A stretch of DNA of 60,159 nucleotides, counting the filler, from Sluysia triapertura (Eukaryota): NCBI GenBank assembly GCA_046118255.1. It is 4 parts of 4 records of this genome, joined end to end, with 100 filler letters (N's around TTAATTAATTAA, not from the genome) between each part and the next. Parts side by side here need not be neighbours in the genome. Positions count along the whole stretch, not along the records: positions 32,858 to 48,193 come from JBJNIA010231122.1; 3 more parts are not named here. One strand, 5' to 3'. Made by a program: the position numbers and the translations under genes. Below are positions 34,303-48,293 of this stretch, in pieces (position 1 is the stretch's first letter; every line of letters starts with the position of its first letter). The notes beneath the pieces are model-generated. The model was not told where the DNA came from and searched no databases. It worked only from the letters and a program-made list of their open reading frames with translations.

Positions 34303-37300
34303 ATGGCAGGAGTAGTTAGTATTGTGAATTTACTTTTATTTGTGATTGTTAATTTTTTAAAGGGAGAAATAATTTCTTTTTATGTTGGCCAATGTGGTAT
34401 ACAAACTGGACATGCTTGTTGGAATTTGTATAATGCTGAACATGGTGTAAAAAACGATGGAGTTTTAATAGATGGTTCTCCTGATCCATTTGATCGAGCT
34501 AGTTCATTTTATCAAATATGTCCTAGTGGTAATTATGTACCCAGAAGTATATTTGCGGATTTAGAGTGCGGAGTTATCGGTTAGTATGCTATTATATTTT
34601 TAGATTGATTTTAGTCGTTGAGTGTACAGTGTACAGTAATTTTAAAAGAGTGATTATAAACAGTATTAGTACAAAGAATATTTTTGGTGCTTATTTTTAA
34701 ATCGATCTTAATCAATGTATTCTGAACAGCTAAATACAAGACTTCCTCTAGGCAAATTCTAATACATATGTATGTTTTATTACAAATTCTATATACGTTT
34801 TTATATTTCTCTCATACGTTTTATGTTTGTCCTGGAAGTACTGCACCTAAGGAAGAAATATATTTATGAATGTGTGTGTTTTCGTCATGTCTGCATCGAC
34901 GAGATTCAACAATTTTCACTATTTCTCTTTCAATAAGTCAATTAATTTTTCAGACGAAGTACGAACAGGAGTATTTCGGCGGTTATTTAAATCAGAATGT
35001 CTTATATGTCTTTGCGAAGGTGCTGCCAATAATTTTGCTCGTGGATTTTATACTAGTGGTCGTTTAATGGTGAAAAAACTATTAGAAGCTACTCGGAAAC
35101 AGGTAGAAGGGTGTCATGGTTTAAGTTGCTTTGTGGTACATCATGCATTTGGCGGAGGAACTGGATCAGGATTTATGTCGAGTAATTATTATTGTTGTTA
35201 GATAACACTAAAAAATATAGTAACCAAATATAGTTAAATCCACAAATAACAAATAGGAAATATATTTATTCATTTAGCAATTGTAGGATATATAATTTTG
35301 GAAATAGATTGGGAATTTTATTAAATATTTTAGGAGTTAAAGATTTATTATACGATGATTCTGTAATAAAATTAGATGTTATGAGTTGAGCTATCAAAAC
35401 TCTAACTTTCCATTTTATTCAGTTATATCCGTACTGTTATTTAGTATTCACTGTAGTAAAAATAGTTTCAAATTGGGCCGATATATCAGAGGGAAGTTTA
35501 TGTTCGAATCTATGTTAGCCTAATTTAAGAAGTCTAATATATTTATCATTACTTATCACTATTGGTCAATTTTTTGATCTTAGTCTTTTGTTGACATGTC
35601 TTACGTTTAATATCGTATCAGATCAGATCATAAACGAATTACATAAGCTCTAAAACATGCATCTCTTGACTTTTGTTCAGGTTCGCAAATTAGATGCATT
35701 TCGTCTAAGTTATTCGCAGCATTTTAAATAACATTTCAGTCATGTGATTTCATAAGTTGTGAACATCAAATATCTTAAAAGGAATGTCCTCTCCATAGAT
35801 AATAGGATACCAAATTTAGACCGACTAAATTTTGTATAGCACTGAAGAGGATTAAAGTTATTGAAAAATAGAATTCAAAATTTCAAGTAAATTGACTCAT
35901 TATTATGTCACAGAATTGGAAATAATGCTTTTTATTAATAAATATATAATTTAAATCAAATAAATATATGATAAATCAAGTCTGAAAGAGATTAGTCATC
36001 TTCAATTTATTTATGCATTCAAAATTTATCTTTTAAATTTAAAATGTCACGTCACAAGCCAATTAAACATTTATTTTAGAGTGAAATAAACAATAGTTTA
36101 AGTATTAATTATCATTTAATCTTCTGCCTATCAGTATTATGTTACATGAATATTGTGTTAACTTACTTTCCATATAGTATACAAATATGTTTATTTATAT
36201 AGAGAGTAGGTTAAGCGTCTGCTCACTTTAGGCTTAATATATAGACTGAAAATTTAGAATTAATGTAAAAATAGATTCAATTTTTACGTAAATGTGGAAA
36301 AATTATTTAATATTTTTGTAAAAATGAATATTTACTCTTTGCGTAATATTTCCAGCAAAATAACGATATAGACATTTGGAAAATTGTCTGATTTTTTTGT
36401 TTTACAATTTGATTATAAATTAACTTTTGACAATAAGAGATAATATTAATGGAAATGTTTTTGCAACATTAATTGTTATGTTAATTTAATAATTGATTCT
36501 ATTACTGCTAAACAAAGTGATATTTCTTAAAATAGTAATTTCAAATCTACCCGTATCAGAATTAATAGGTTACTGTAAATACATTTATTTGTACAAATAT
36601 TATTAATATGTATTTATTTATTTAGTGCTTTTAGAATACTTATGTACTGATTATGCCAAAGTTTCTAAAATCGATATCGGTTTAATTCCTAATGATACGA
36701 TCTCGTGTAGTACAGTTGAAGCTTACAACACTATGCTTGGTTTACATCATCCAATAGAAAGTACCGATTTAACACTTTTGTATGAAAATGAACCACTTTA
36801 TAAAATGTGTGCCAAATTTTTAGATATCAAACGACCAACATATCACGAATTGAATCAAATTGTCAGCTATGTAAATTCATATTTTTAAAATTGTTTGATA
36901 AATAAAGTATAAAATAACTAAGATGATTTTATTAGATAATTTATTTATAAATATCTGTGATTTTATTTATTATTACATATTTATATTATTTAATGCTTAC
37001 TGAATATTTGATTTGTGAAATGTCATTGTGATATCAATCTAAAACATTAATGATATAAATTAATAACGAATATTGTAAAATGTCAGTTTTCGAAAAAGCA
37101 ATTTAACAATAGAAATTATATTTCTGTGATTTAGAATCAACGCTCGAGATCAAATATGGTTGTACATAGATTATAAAATTATACGTTCCACATGATTGAT
37201 AGACACGATAAATTTTTATATCTAAAAGAACGATATTCGTAGATTAAACAATACCTACCGACAGACAAATAAAGAAAAGAAAAAAATAAGCCGTCCTAAA

Positions 37301-38080
37301 TATATGCCTTATTATGAATAAGCATTAGAAGAATTTAAATATTGACTTGTAAAATTACATCTTAAGTGATTTATGAGACTTAATATGTACTCTGTGATCA
37401 ACATAAAGTTGAAAGAATGGAAACAGCCTAAACGATTGATTAATTGAGTATAAGTGTTGTATTTAATATTTACGTGATGAAAATGAACCAAAGCAGCCAG
37501 ATAAGAAATTTTATTAGTGTTAGACTTCGTAAAATGGACTGACCGGGGATCGAACCCGGGACCATCGCTGCACAGTTCGAATGCTCTACCACTGAGCTAG
37601 CAGCTCCGTCTAACAATTTCATTTTTATTAAATTCAATTTTACCAAATGGCACTTTTAGGCCTTTTACCCCAACATTAGTGTCAAATGTTATTCAGCAGT
37701 ACTATGTTGAAAATGCATCACAATGCATAGATATTTGAAGAGTTTATAATTCACAATTGATTTGTAATAATGCTTGTTCATAAAATTCACCAGAATTTAT
37801 ATGGGAAAACGTATTACATTATTAAAACAATCGCTATAGCAGCTGATTTCAATTTATAAGAATATTAGTAGAATTAATAGTAATAATATCTATAAAAATA
37901 AATGTACTACTTTATTATTTTTTTAGATATTAGCTGGTGTTACGTCATGTACAAGATTTGAATCACCGCTCGGTTGTAATTTAACCGATTTATGTACAAA
38001 TTTAGTACCATATCCTAGAATACATTTTCCAATGATCAGTTATGCTCCAATACAAAATAAAACTAAACATGACAGAACTA
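34303..38080 (+). CDS. Divergent alpha-tubulin, exons 1-5 (residues ~1-285); 3' exons not found
   Basis: Exons 34303-34314, 34363-34579, 34954-35181, 36626-36870, 37927-38080, all GT-AG and phase-consistent. VGQCG, AEHG, YVPRSIFADLE, DEVRTG, AANNFARG, GGGTGSG, RPTY..LN and TNLVPYPRIHFP are alpha-type motifs. Confidence 0.92.
37518..37675 (-). mobile_element. 158-bp solo LTR-like element containing a tRNA-derived Pol III cassette, in tubulin intron 4
   Basis: TG...CA ends with 4-bp TSD TTAG (37514-37517, 37676-37679). Minus strand 37607-37535 has A box TAGCTCAGTGG, B box GGTTCGATCC, intact D and T arms, a broken anticodon arm, then TTTT. Confidence 0.8.
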
Positions 38081-38239
38081 GTGAGTGAAATATTATTGTA
38101 TTTCATAATTACCTATTCAATATAATATTTGTCAAAAATTATTCAGAAGGATTATATTTAGGGGGGTCGTATTTTGATAGAAAATTTTTAATGAGTTATT
38201 TAACATGTTATATTTAAACATATTTATATTAGATTGTCG

Positions 38240-41200
38240 AGAAGAATGAAATGTAAAATGCCGAGTGGTAGAGTATAAAATTTAAATTATTAAAATTAAA
38301 TTTAAATTACATAGCTCTCCGAAGACGCGAAGCGCACGGGTAAGATAAAATGAAATAATATTAAGTTATACTTTAACTTTAAATAGACCATGTTTATTCG
38401 ATATGGTTATGGTATTACAAAAAGTGACTGTCTTCGTAGGATATGGTGGTTCAGGGAGTGTATCAACCAAGATTCTCGCTGGCTTCAGCTTTTGATTTTG
38501 CCATTGACTTCGATGGGGTCAGTTTTATTATCTGGAAAAAATTGTACTATTATCTTGGTTGTAGTGATGTCTTTCGGGACACATGTGGGCTGAATTATTG
38601 TTTAATTCATTAAAATATTGCGTGGTAGTGAGAAGTATGTCCTTTCTGTCGGGTATTCTGATTCAAATAGTACAGAACTATTTGGGCTGGTGAATATCTG
38701 GATGACGTATGGGTTATAATGCGCCAGCTCAATGTAATGTTGAATGAATAAAGCACGAAGATAACTTTTAAGAGTTTTATGGAACCTCTCGACCTTACCG
38801 TTTGTCTGAGGATGGTAAGATGTGGTTCAAAGTCTAGACTGCCGAGCTGCCTAACTATATTATTGAATAATCTAAACTCGAACTGGGTTCTTGGTCTGTG
38901 ATAATTCGTTTTGGGATACCAAAGCGTAATATCTCATTTTATTTTAAATTCTGGCAATGATATCAGCTAAGATTGATTTAAAGGAAACGCTTATTATTAC
39001 ATTCTGTTATAAATATAAGTATATCAGTATGACTGAGGTAGAAGTCCGATAATATCCATGTGATTAACTTTTAAAAGTTGACCAGTTGAAAAATGAAGCG
39101 GTTCTGGTTTAGGATCTCGCAGCTTTACATATCGAACATGATTTACACCAATGTTTGACGACTTTGCGCATTGAAGGTCAAATTACCTTGGACCATAAAA
39201 TTGTATATGGATTCAGAGGCTTTAGTTCGACGATGTTGGCCTAAAACTGAGCATGAAATTCCCGACATTTGGTGGTCAAAGTAGATTTCATTGTGAAATG
39301 ATGGTTTGACTGTAAATTTGAGAATCTCTTGACTAGATGGATAACTTTTTTGTAGGTCCTCAACGATGAATAGTGTTAGAAAATCTATGGTGTTTGTACC
39401 TACCCTCGATAGAGTATATGTGACAACGTTCCCTTGTCCTGGGATGTATTCTATATTGAAGTTAAATTGGGACTTTAGCAGGTTTCATGAATTTTAGAAT
39501 TTTGTAATTTAAATTAAAACCTATTTTTAATAATTAATGTTATACAATTTATTTTTGAAATTTAATAATTTATGTAATTTTAGACAATTTAATTTCGGTT
39601 AAAGGCCTATTTTAAAACAAATTATCGATATTACGAACAATTCAGTTAAACTAAAAGAACAAAAATTAAATTTTGTATTAAATAAAAAAGTAGGATCAAA
39701 ATAGGTTAAATCGAATAACCATGGTAATAAGTAAATATCAGCTTAAACATTAACAACAATTAGAATAAGTTTAATAATCTGGATTATGAATAAAGGAAGC
39801 TAACAAAGAGTAAAACTTTCAATTTCGATCCCTAATGTTCTGATAGCTTTAGAATCTCTGTTTGATTTAGGTTTCTTTTGTAAACTTTTCTACGGCGAGT
39901 ATTTATTGTTGATTTAAGAATAATTCCACTAGTACTTCTAGTAAGATTATCACTAAGACCAATTAAGGTAGTATTATATTTTTTAAATAAAATTTTTGCT
40001 TCATAATCTCCAGACGAATATCATTGTTACTGTGATTAGTATTTTCCATGTCACTAATTTTAACACTGGAATTCATTTTTACTACTGAATCATCATTAAA
40101 ATTTACGTTTAAGTCTTCGTCAGTTGTCGTGATATGTGTCATACCAATCATACGTTTTTTATCATTCGTCTGGCCAATTAAAAATTCTATAATATAAAAC
40201 CAGCATTACAACTAATGGTATATAAAAGCCCCTAGTGTAGCATATATTTGATAACTGAGACTATTTACTATACTGACAAACTCCAAGCCCAAATGTATCT
40301 TTCCATCCCAAGACAGATGGAATTGTTAAACAAGTTGATATTAACCATGCTGATAAAATCATAGCAGCCATCAATTTATTCGAGCATATCTCATCATTGA
40401 ATATCTATCGATAGAAATAGCACAGGATTCAGTACACTCGAGGTACACACACAACATCAATAGAAATATAAACATGACAAAAATCGTGAACAAACGGTTA
40501 TCGATAACGTGTTAATTGATTATAAACCATAATAGGCATTAAAATTATACTTATTAAAAAATCAATAGCTGCTAAAATGAGAATCAAAACATTGCTTGGT
40601 GTACATAATTTTTGAACTAAAATCACTGCTAAAATAACTACAAGATTACCATCAATTCATCCGACTACCATGATAGTTAAAATAGTACCTATAAGAACTT
40701 CCATACTTACTGAAAAGTACATCTATGTCCGACATATTATTGGTTTTTTTTATTGAAAATACTATGATACATCTTCAGAAGTTTTAATATTTGATTATTA
40801 TCATGATTAATATAATTATTTTGATTTTCTGTAATTTGAAATAACATCCAAAAATAAAAACCGAATATAATACAATAAGTTTGTTAATTGTGTTTAATTA
40901 TTTGATTTATTTAAATATAATATAAGAATAAATCGAAAACAGTTCAAAAATTTTTCGTTTTTTGAGTTTATTAAAAATCCTCAATACTTTTCATTTAGTA
41001 ATTGATTTAAAAAATTGATAATAATTTATTTTTTAATGCTAAATTTTTAAGTAAAATTCTAAAATATTATTTAGTAAATTATTAATAGTTAAATGGATAA
41101 TTGCATTTAGTTACTAAAAGATCATGAAATATTAAGAAAAAAGGGCACAGTTCTTTCTGTTTCAGTGAATTATTTATTTTAAGCAATTTTGAGTACTTAT

Positions 41201-44200
41201 TTCATGTTCTTTCTGTTTCAGAAGTATTATAATGAATGACTTATTCTAAGCGATTTGAGCAATATGAATCTATAAGGGATATTAGTATAATAATGACAAT
41301 AAAATTAGTGATAAAAATACCAGTAATAGTAAAGGAATATATACATAGGAACAACCAAACATACAAAAAAGGACAACAGTCCAAATCTTGCAATAACGAT
41401 AATAATATACAAGATCTGAATGATTATAACATTATTAGGACTGTTTATGTTTTGTAGGTAATAATGCGTTGTAGTTTATTTAATAATTTGTTTATGTAAG
41501 ATGTACGATTTGTGTTAGTTTTTGTGATTGTTATGAGTTGATCTGGAGTTGGATTCTTCATCGTGAATATGTGCAACAACGGTTTGTGTTCGGTTTGAAA
41601 CGTGAACTGTATTTTGGGTAGCAAATACTCGAAATGTTTGCTAACTCGATAGATTGCTAACACTTCACCGTCAAATGCTGAGTATCGAGTTTGTTGTGCA
41701 GACAATTTAAGTGAGTGGATTCTAGTAGTAGTTTCTTTTTTCTTCAATGGCTACTTTGGAAGCGTCATTTGTTAAGATGAATGGTAATTGAGCTTGCGGG
41801 AACGCCAAACTTTCCATATTCTTAATTGCTTGTTTAGTTTTTGAAAAAGACTCGAGAGACATTTCATCCCATTTATTGAGATTTCTTGCCCGAAGAAAGT
41901 GCTACTAAACGAGAAATGACTTGAGAAAGTCTCGGAACAAATGTCGACAATAATTGACTAGGCCTAAGAAACTCTTCATTTGTGTAACAGTTTGGGGTTG
42001 CGGGAAGTCTCTTATTTCAGTTGTACGGGTCTCCAATGATTCGATCTCGTAACCTAGGAATGTGATTTTGTGCTTGGAAATTAGTACTTAGAAAATTTGA
42101 TAATTAAATTGTTGACAGGTTTTTGAAATATTTGATTACGATGAGTTTGATGAAGTGCGATATCTCTGGAGGCAATTATAATAATGTCTATATATAGGCA
42201 GTGGAGAAATTGAGACCTTCGAGGACTTGGTCGATGTGCCTTTAGAGATATAATATTGGATATTATAGAACATTTGTTTACGTTTATAACTATGAAATAT
42301 TTCTTTAGTGGTATATTATTTGATAAAACATTTATTTAGTTTTAAGTCATGATCTAAATGTTTACTTAAAATCGTTATTATGAATTTAGAAGAACACATT
42401 TACTGAACTATTATATATTTGTTTAATTATTAAATCTACGTTATCAAAATTCTTAAATTTACAAAATTTCGTTACTGTTATTAAAATTCTATTAGTTAAA
42501 ACCGGAAAGATTAACAAAAAGTATAAGACCGATGATTTATAAACACTAAATTATATACAGTATGATGCATCACAATAATCAAAGGCATTAACGCAGACTG
42601 TTGCTTTATTGATATCTGGAACAGTGACAAAAAGCTGTTGACAATTATTGATTGATTAGTTTTTTGATGTAGTAAGTACGACTTTACTTAGCTTGTTTCA
42701 TATTTCAGCAAGATCCAACTAGTGATAATTACGCAGGTATGACTTGAATCTCGCATCATTTGTCTCGTTAAAACTTCTTATAAATTACAGCATTCTACAT
42801 TCATAACAGTAAACCGGACGATTTTCGGCAAATTGGTAGCCAACTTTACATGACCATAGTACTTTACACCGTTTAATAACCACTTCATAATAATTGATAT
42901 AATTGTAGTTGTAAGTACTAAAAGGCATTTCAAATTTTTCATTGGATGTAACCAGATAACTTTTCCAAAAATGAGTATAAATTTTAATATGGAAAATATG
43001 ATTTGGATCTTTTAACACGGCCTAAACATTGATTTAACATTAAATTTTGTTTTGACATCGACACATTTTAACAATAAAATGGAACTTTCATGATATATTT
43101 GACCCTCAGCTGCGTGTAGCACTCATAGAAATTGTTTTATTATGAAATATATTTATTTCATAAATTTTTTTTTTGAGATATTAAATTTTGTATACAAGTT
43201 TTATTTTTGTGTCCCATTTTTTGGCTAATTTTCCAATTACTGGTTGTGATTTGGCCAATTAAATTTAAGTATATCGTTTTCATTACATATTGTATTATTT
43301 GTTTTAGAATAGATTAGTGTTGTCACTTGAACCAGTCAATGCTGGTTTGTATGTTTAATGGCAAAACAGCCATGTTGGTACAGCTATTGGATGTAGCATT
43401 ATTCTGATTAATTAATGCATGCATACATTTGAAAACACATTCACATAAAGAATAAAGAACAGAAAATTGATGATTACTAAATCGATAAAACAGCCATTTT
43501 GGCAATATTAAGAGACTAAAATTTCATTATTGTTATTGGTTATTATTATTATGCAGTTTTATTGATATTATATTTGAATCATTGATTACGATGTTGATGT
43601 TTTCTGATTAGCTACTTCGTAATACAAAATACTGTTTTGATTTATACTGATTTAACTGTTATTACGTGTATGAGAAAATCTATTAAATATCGCATTATAA
43701 GTAAAATAGTTAGTAAAGATGGTTTGTTACCTACGTTTATCGAAGTTTCATTACTATGAAGTGCGCATAATTTATATCCAACTAATTGATGTCTTAATTC
43801 AATAAATTCTTTGTCTCAGTCATCAGATTTTAATAAATAATTTCGTATTTCTTTAAGACTATGTTCATTATTCTCAATCATCTGTTTGATTAGGCTCATC
43901 GTGAACGCACAAATTACCACCACAACACAGAAATTTCACAGTAATTTTGTTTATTTTCAAATAAATCTAATTCAATTATAATTTCTGTTTCTGTTCAAAC
44001 ATGATAAGACTTTTCTTGTTGACAAAAGTGTTGAAAGAAATGAAATGCGAGTTAAAAGAAGGAAAAAAATAAGGTCGAAGGTTGGAAGAATTAAGAATGT
44101 TATAGAAAATTCATCGTTATAAAAACTTTCTGATTTTAAGTTTTTTTTAGAGGTTTAGATGTTGGTGTGATATGTCTGTATGTGATTACATATTTGCTGA

Positions 44201-46070
44201 TATTTTGTAAGCTAAGTGTAACGTTTTGTTTATTTGTGTAAGTTAAAATATTAAATGAAAGATTTAAAACACCACAGTGCCTTTGGGAAGTTTGGGCTGC
44301 ATTAAAGTTATGCTTGAGAACGTATAGTTTGGGTTTCTTCTCGACGTTGTTATCTGCACGGTTAAGATGGTATGGTTTTGATAAAATGTTCCGGACTAGG
44401 TGTCAAGTGGTTAAATTGGGTTTGGATATTGTTGTTCTATATAACATTTGTTGAACATATGATTCGTTAAGCTGATCGAGCTTAATTTTTATGTGAGATA
44501 CGAATCTGGCAGATTTACTTAGGGTTTTACTGGATCTGCACGCCAAAGTAAAATTATTTTATCTGCAAGATGAGCCAATTCATCAATCGTGTTAATTTGG
44601 CTGGCGGCGAAAACTGCATTGACTAAAGGTAACATGGAGTCCAAAAACAAGCGTTTTAAAACGTCATGGTTCTCATTTGTATCGCGTCCAAAATGTTCCA
44701 AGTCGATCCTTATATTTTAAAGAAATTCGGAAGGTAATAAAGTACCCAAAGTTTGTGATTTGAAATAGTCTTTGAAGAACTTTTGTGTATTTGGGCGGTA
44801 TTGTTGTATGATGATGTTTGTGAGACCATCATAGGCGGTTTTAGATTGAATACAGCCTTATATTTTACTGCTGGGTTTACTAAACCAAGTTTGGGATGAT
44901 TGACGTTTGATTAAATTTATCGCTTTGATGCTTTGTGGAGTTCGTTTTAAATATCACCTCGTTACCATGAATCTGACTCATCTCGGAAAAATCGCATTGG
45001 AGATGATGAGATAACATTAGTAAGTGTTTCTGTTGATTGAAGAGGTTGGAACTCGCCATATCGCCACGTAATTTATGATTAATTGAAATAGTGGCTCCAC
45101 TGGTGATATTGTATTGTTTAAATGATAAATATTCCCTTAAAGCTTATGATGTATAGGTGATCCATACATTTCTGTGGTTTGTGATTTTATTTTTGTATTG
45201 TATTGTTGAACACAAGTCACTTTTATTGTATGTGTTGCCCGTAGTCATTTTCTTGCTAAAAAGAGTATTAACATTGTTTGATGATTGATGTTGCTGAGAT
45301 TTGTTAATTTCTGCGTATTTTGTTGTGTATTTTCAAAATAGATTTTGGTCTTGCGTTTGTTTTAACAAAGTTATAAAATGATTCGTGGCCTATACTATTT
45401 TCATTAATGAAAGTTTGCATTTCATTTTTACAGATGACTCTATTGTTACGAATTGCTTCAGTTGATGGAAATTTATTTGAAAGTAACATTGTTGATTGAG
45501 ATTTTTGGTTCTTCTGGTTGTAAAGGAAATTGATTTCGTCTCTGTTATGAATGAATGATTTCGTATTGTCCGTAATTGGTGGTTTGTCTTGGAAATGTGT
45601 TTTTGTCATCTTAGTTTTATTCCGTGTTTTTTTAATTGTACTGGCCTTAACAGCACATTACCCTGGGAACCCGACCCTACTTATTTTTTGGCCTAACAAA
45701 ATGGTTTTTTTAATTAATTTTGGGGTTTTCGGTTTTGGTTTGATTGCGGCTTACTTTAGAATAAATTTTATTGAAGTTTAAATTTACTCTCTGGAGCGTC
45801 GTCGACGAGGATCATGTAGTGGCGAACCCATAGGTTAAACTTTTATTATGTTTACGTGAGTGTGTGGTCCACTTGTGTGGGAAATTATTTGAAAAAGTTG
45901 TATTTGTTTTTAAAGGTAATTTGGAAATGTATTTGTTAATAAGGATTAGAAGTAAAATTTTAATAAAATATTAACGGTTCTATTTAGTACAGAACCTAAG
46001 TAAATTGAAGTAATAAAGATAATAATAAAATTGCAATCACAATCGTTAAAATTCTTTTAAATTTAAATAT
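38240..46070 (-). mobile_element. Decayed Gypsy LTR retrotransposon with nested insertions, downstream of tubulin exon 5
   Basis: 5' LTR end ...ggttcgccactaCA at 45815. gag LKRLFLDSM...LAHLADKI (44519-44701). RT RHIDQVLEGL...AYIDII...ITFLGYEI (~42050-42240). RNase H YSAFDGEVLAIY...EHKPL (41445-41747) resuming as EYIPGQGNVV...LSR at ~39410-39460. Integrase HMDIIG, ITDQ, TTSYHPQTNGKVERFHKTLK (~38760-39065). PPT-like GGAGAG then TGT at 38311. Confidence 0.9.
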
Positions 46071-46099
46071 TCCATTGAAATTATGGTTCTGTTTAATTA

Positions 46100-47780
46100 A
46101 AAAATAGAAGTAAAGCATTGAACAAGAAACTTTTAAACATGTTCTTAGCAAAAGTATTTGGTTATACTTAATAACGAACTAAAGTAAACTCAGTGTTAAT
46201 TTCTGTTTCCATCGAGTGAGGAGCCATATTAAATTATGCGTAACCTTTAAACATTAATTGTTAGGTTTATTTCGGAAAACCTTTATAACATTAAAAGATA
46301 CAAGTTGAATAAGTAACTAAGCACTAGCTCAAGAGTTAAGATAATTTATTAGATAGACTTCCGTTAGCTACAAATTGCTTTTCTAAAAATCATGCGGACT
46401 TAGCGCAATACGTAAGACTGGGATCGTAGATGGAATCAAATAACGTTAAGAATTTTATTGTAAACTTTACACAACACATTTTCACAATAAAATCTGGTGC
46501 CTAGAGTGAGGACCATCACATAGGAATATTTAATACATTTGAGAATATAATTTGATAATATAAAATAAGTTAAATTTAAGTAAATTACTAAGCCCTAAAT
46601 TAATTATTAATACTTTTATAAAGATTATGCTTTAAGTAAGTTTTAAGTAAAAAATAGATAAGCAACCTTTGCTATATGACGACTATATGACTAAATTAAG
46701 AAATGACATGGTATTACTTAATGATTTTAAAGAATATATGGCTCAATTAGCCAAAGATATACGTCCTAAATTGACATTACCAGAAATAAAAAAATTTAAC
46801 TGAGCAGAGGTGGATATCTGCGACTTCCTATTTGAATAAGCCGAAAAAATTGAAGGAATCCAAAATTATTTAACTGGAGTGGTAATCCAGACATAAGGAA
46901 ATAAGTAATAATGATAAGCAACCTTTGAATGCATTTGTGAACGCTTTTACTGAAGAAATAACTTTTGATTATATAGGAAAATGTTAAACTAAAATGTTAA
47001 ATTTAAGAAAACAAACACCAAACGAATCTGTATATGAATTCCTTTGTGCTCCTAAAAGTCTAGTTACCAGGAATTGACATTATTAGATAAACTGAAAACT
47101 GATCTTCGTCCAGAATTAAGGACATATGTTACTTTAATGGAAGGCAAACCTTTTAAGGAAATAATTAAAAAATTAAGAAGAATAGAGAGATCTTATTTTG
47201 ATGATAAGGATAATATTAATTATGTGAAGAAATAAATGAAGAAATATAATCAAATACGGAATCTAGCAATAGAGAAGAAGAAATGCATCAAGAAGAAATA
47301 AATGACGAAGAAAATCGATCAAAGAAACCACAGTCGAACGACGAAATATGCTTAAATGATGACCAAGAAGTTGAAACAAATATAGAAAATAAAGAAACTG
47401 ATGATGAAGAATTACAAGCAGAGGAGATGGATATAGATGGAGAAGAGGATTCGTACTACAGTGGCACAGAAGAAATGGAATCAATAATAGTAGTATCAGC
47501 TAACGAAAAAGTGAATACTACAGAAACAAATATTAAAGAAACTGATCAAAAAGTTGAAGAATTTTTATTAGATATGGCAAATGGTAAAACAAATTTTAGA
47601 AAATTAAATGAAAATTCAGATAAATTATTGAATTCAGAATTAAGCATACAAAATGGATGTGATGTTAAATTAATATTAGCTATTTTAAGTAAAGAAGACA
47701 GTTTAAGACAGACTAAGGCAAAAAAATTATTAAGAAAAATAGGACAAAATATGTTAAAATTGTTGTATAATTATAATTGA
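46100..47780 (+). mobile_element. Second LTR element: LTR end, PBS and decayed gag
   Basis: ...ttcaCA (46486), then TGGTGCCTAGAGTGAGG (46495-46511, PBS-like). From ATG 46687, stop-riddled LPEIKKFN, LRKQTPNESVYEF and LRPELRTYV...FKEII..L..IE are typical retrotransposon gag; acidic ORF 47283-47780 follows. Confidence 0.7.
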
Positions 47781-48120
47781 GATAATTGTTAGAATTTTGT
47801 ATGTATTGTTTGAAATAGTTGTGTCATTGTCTTGAATTGTGTGTATTCTCTTGGTGGAATTGTTCCCAAGTAACTTGTTTTTTAGTGATGGTAGAGACTT
47901 ATATAAAGAGTTAAAGTATTGATGTTAGTAAATTGTTGCATTACTACCGAAGAAGTGTCTGGTTAATTGTGAAATTTAGTCGTAGTACTGTGTCTGTGAG
48001 ATTTTGTGTTGAGATGTTGTATGTAGTGTTATTTTTACAAGAAAGTTTTTGGCAAGATGAAAGATGAGTGATGAGGTTATACACAATAATAGGGCAAAAT
48101 AGATTATGTACAAAATATTT

Positions 48121-48123
<3 letters not shown>

Positions 48124-48193
<70 letters not shown>
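48124..48193. repeat. (TAA)n microsatellite abutting a join
   Basis: About 23 perfect units. Confidence 0.95.
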
Positions 48194-48293
48194 NNNNNNN
48201 NNNNNNNNNNNNNNNNNNNNNNNNNNNNNNNNNNNNNTTAATTAATTAANNNNNNNNNNNNNNNNNNNNNNNNNNNNNNNNNNNNNNNNNNNN
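48194..48293. other. Artificial scaffold join N44-TTAATTAATTAA-N44
   Basis: Linker at 48238-48249. Confidence 0.97.

Noticed and set aside
37535-37607. Functional tRNA-His(GTG) gene
   Set aside because: The anticodon stem does not pair properly, the acceptor is imperfect, and it sits in a TSD-flanked repeat with a degenerate second copy.
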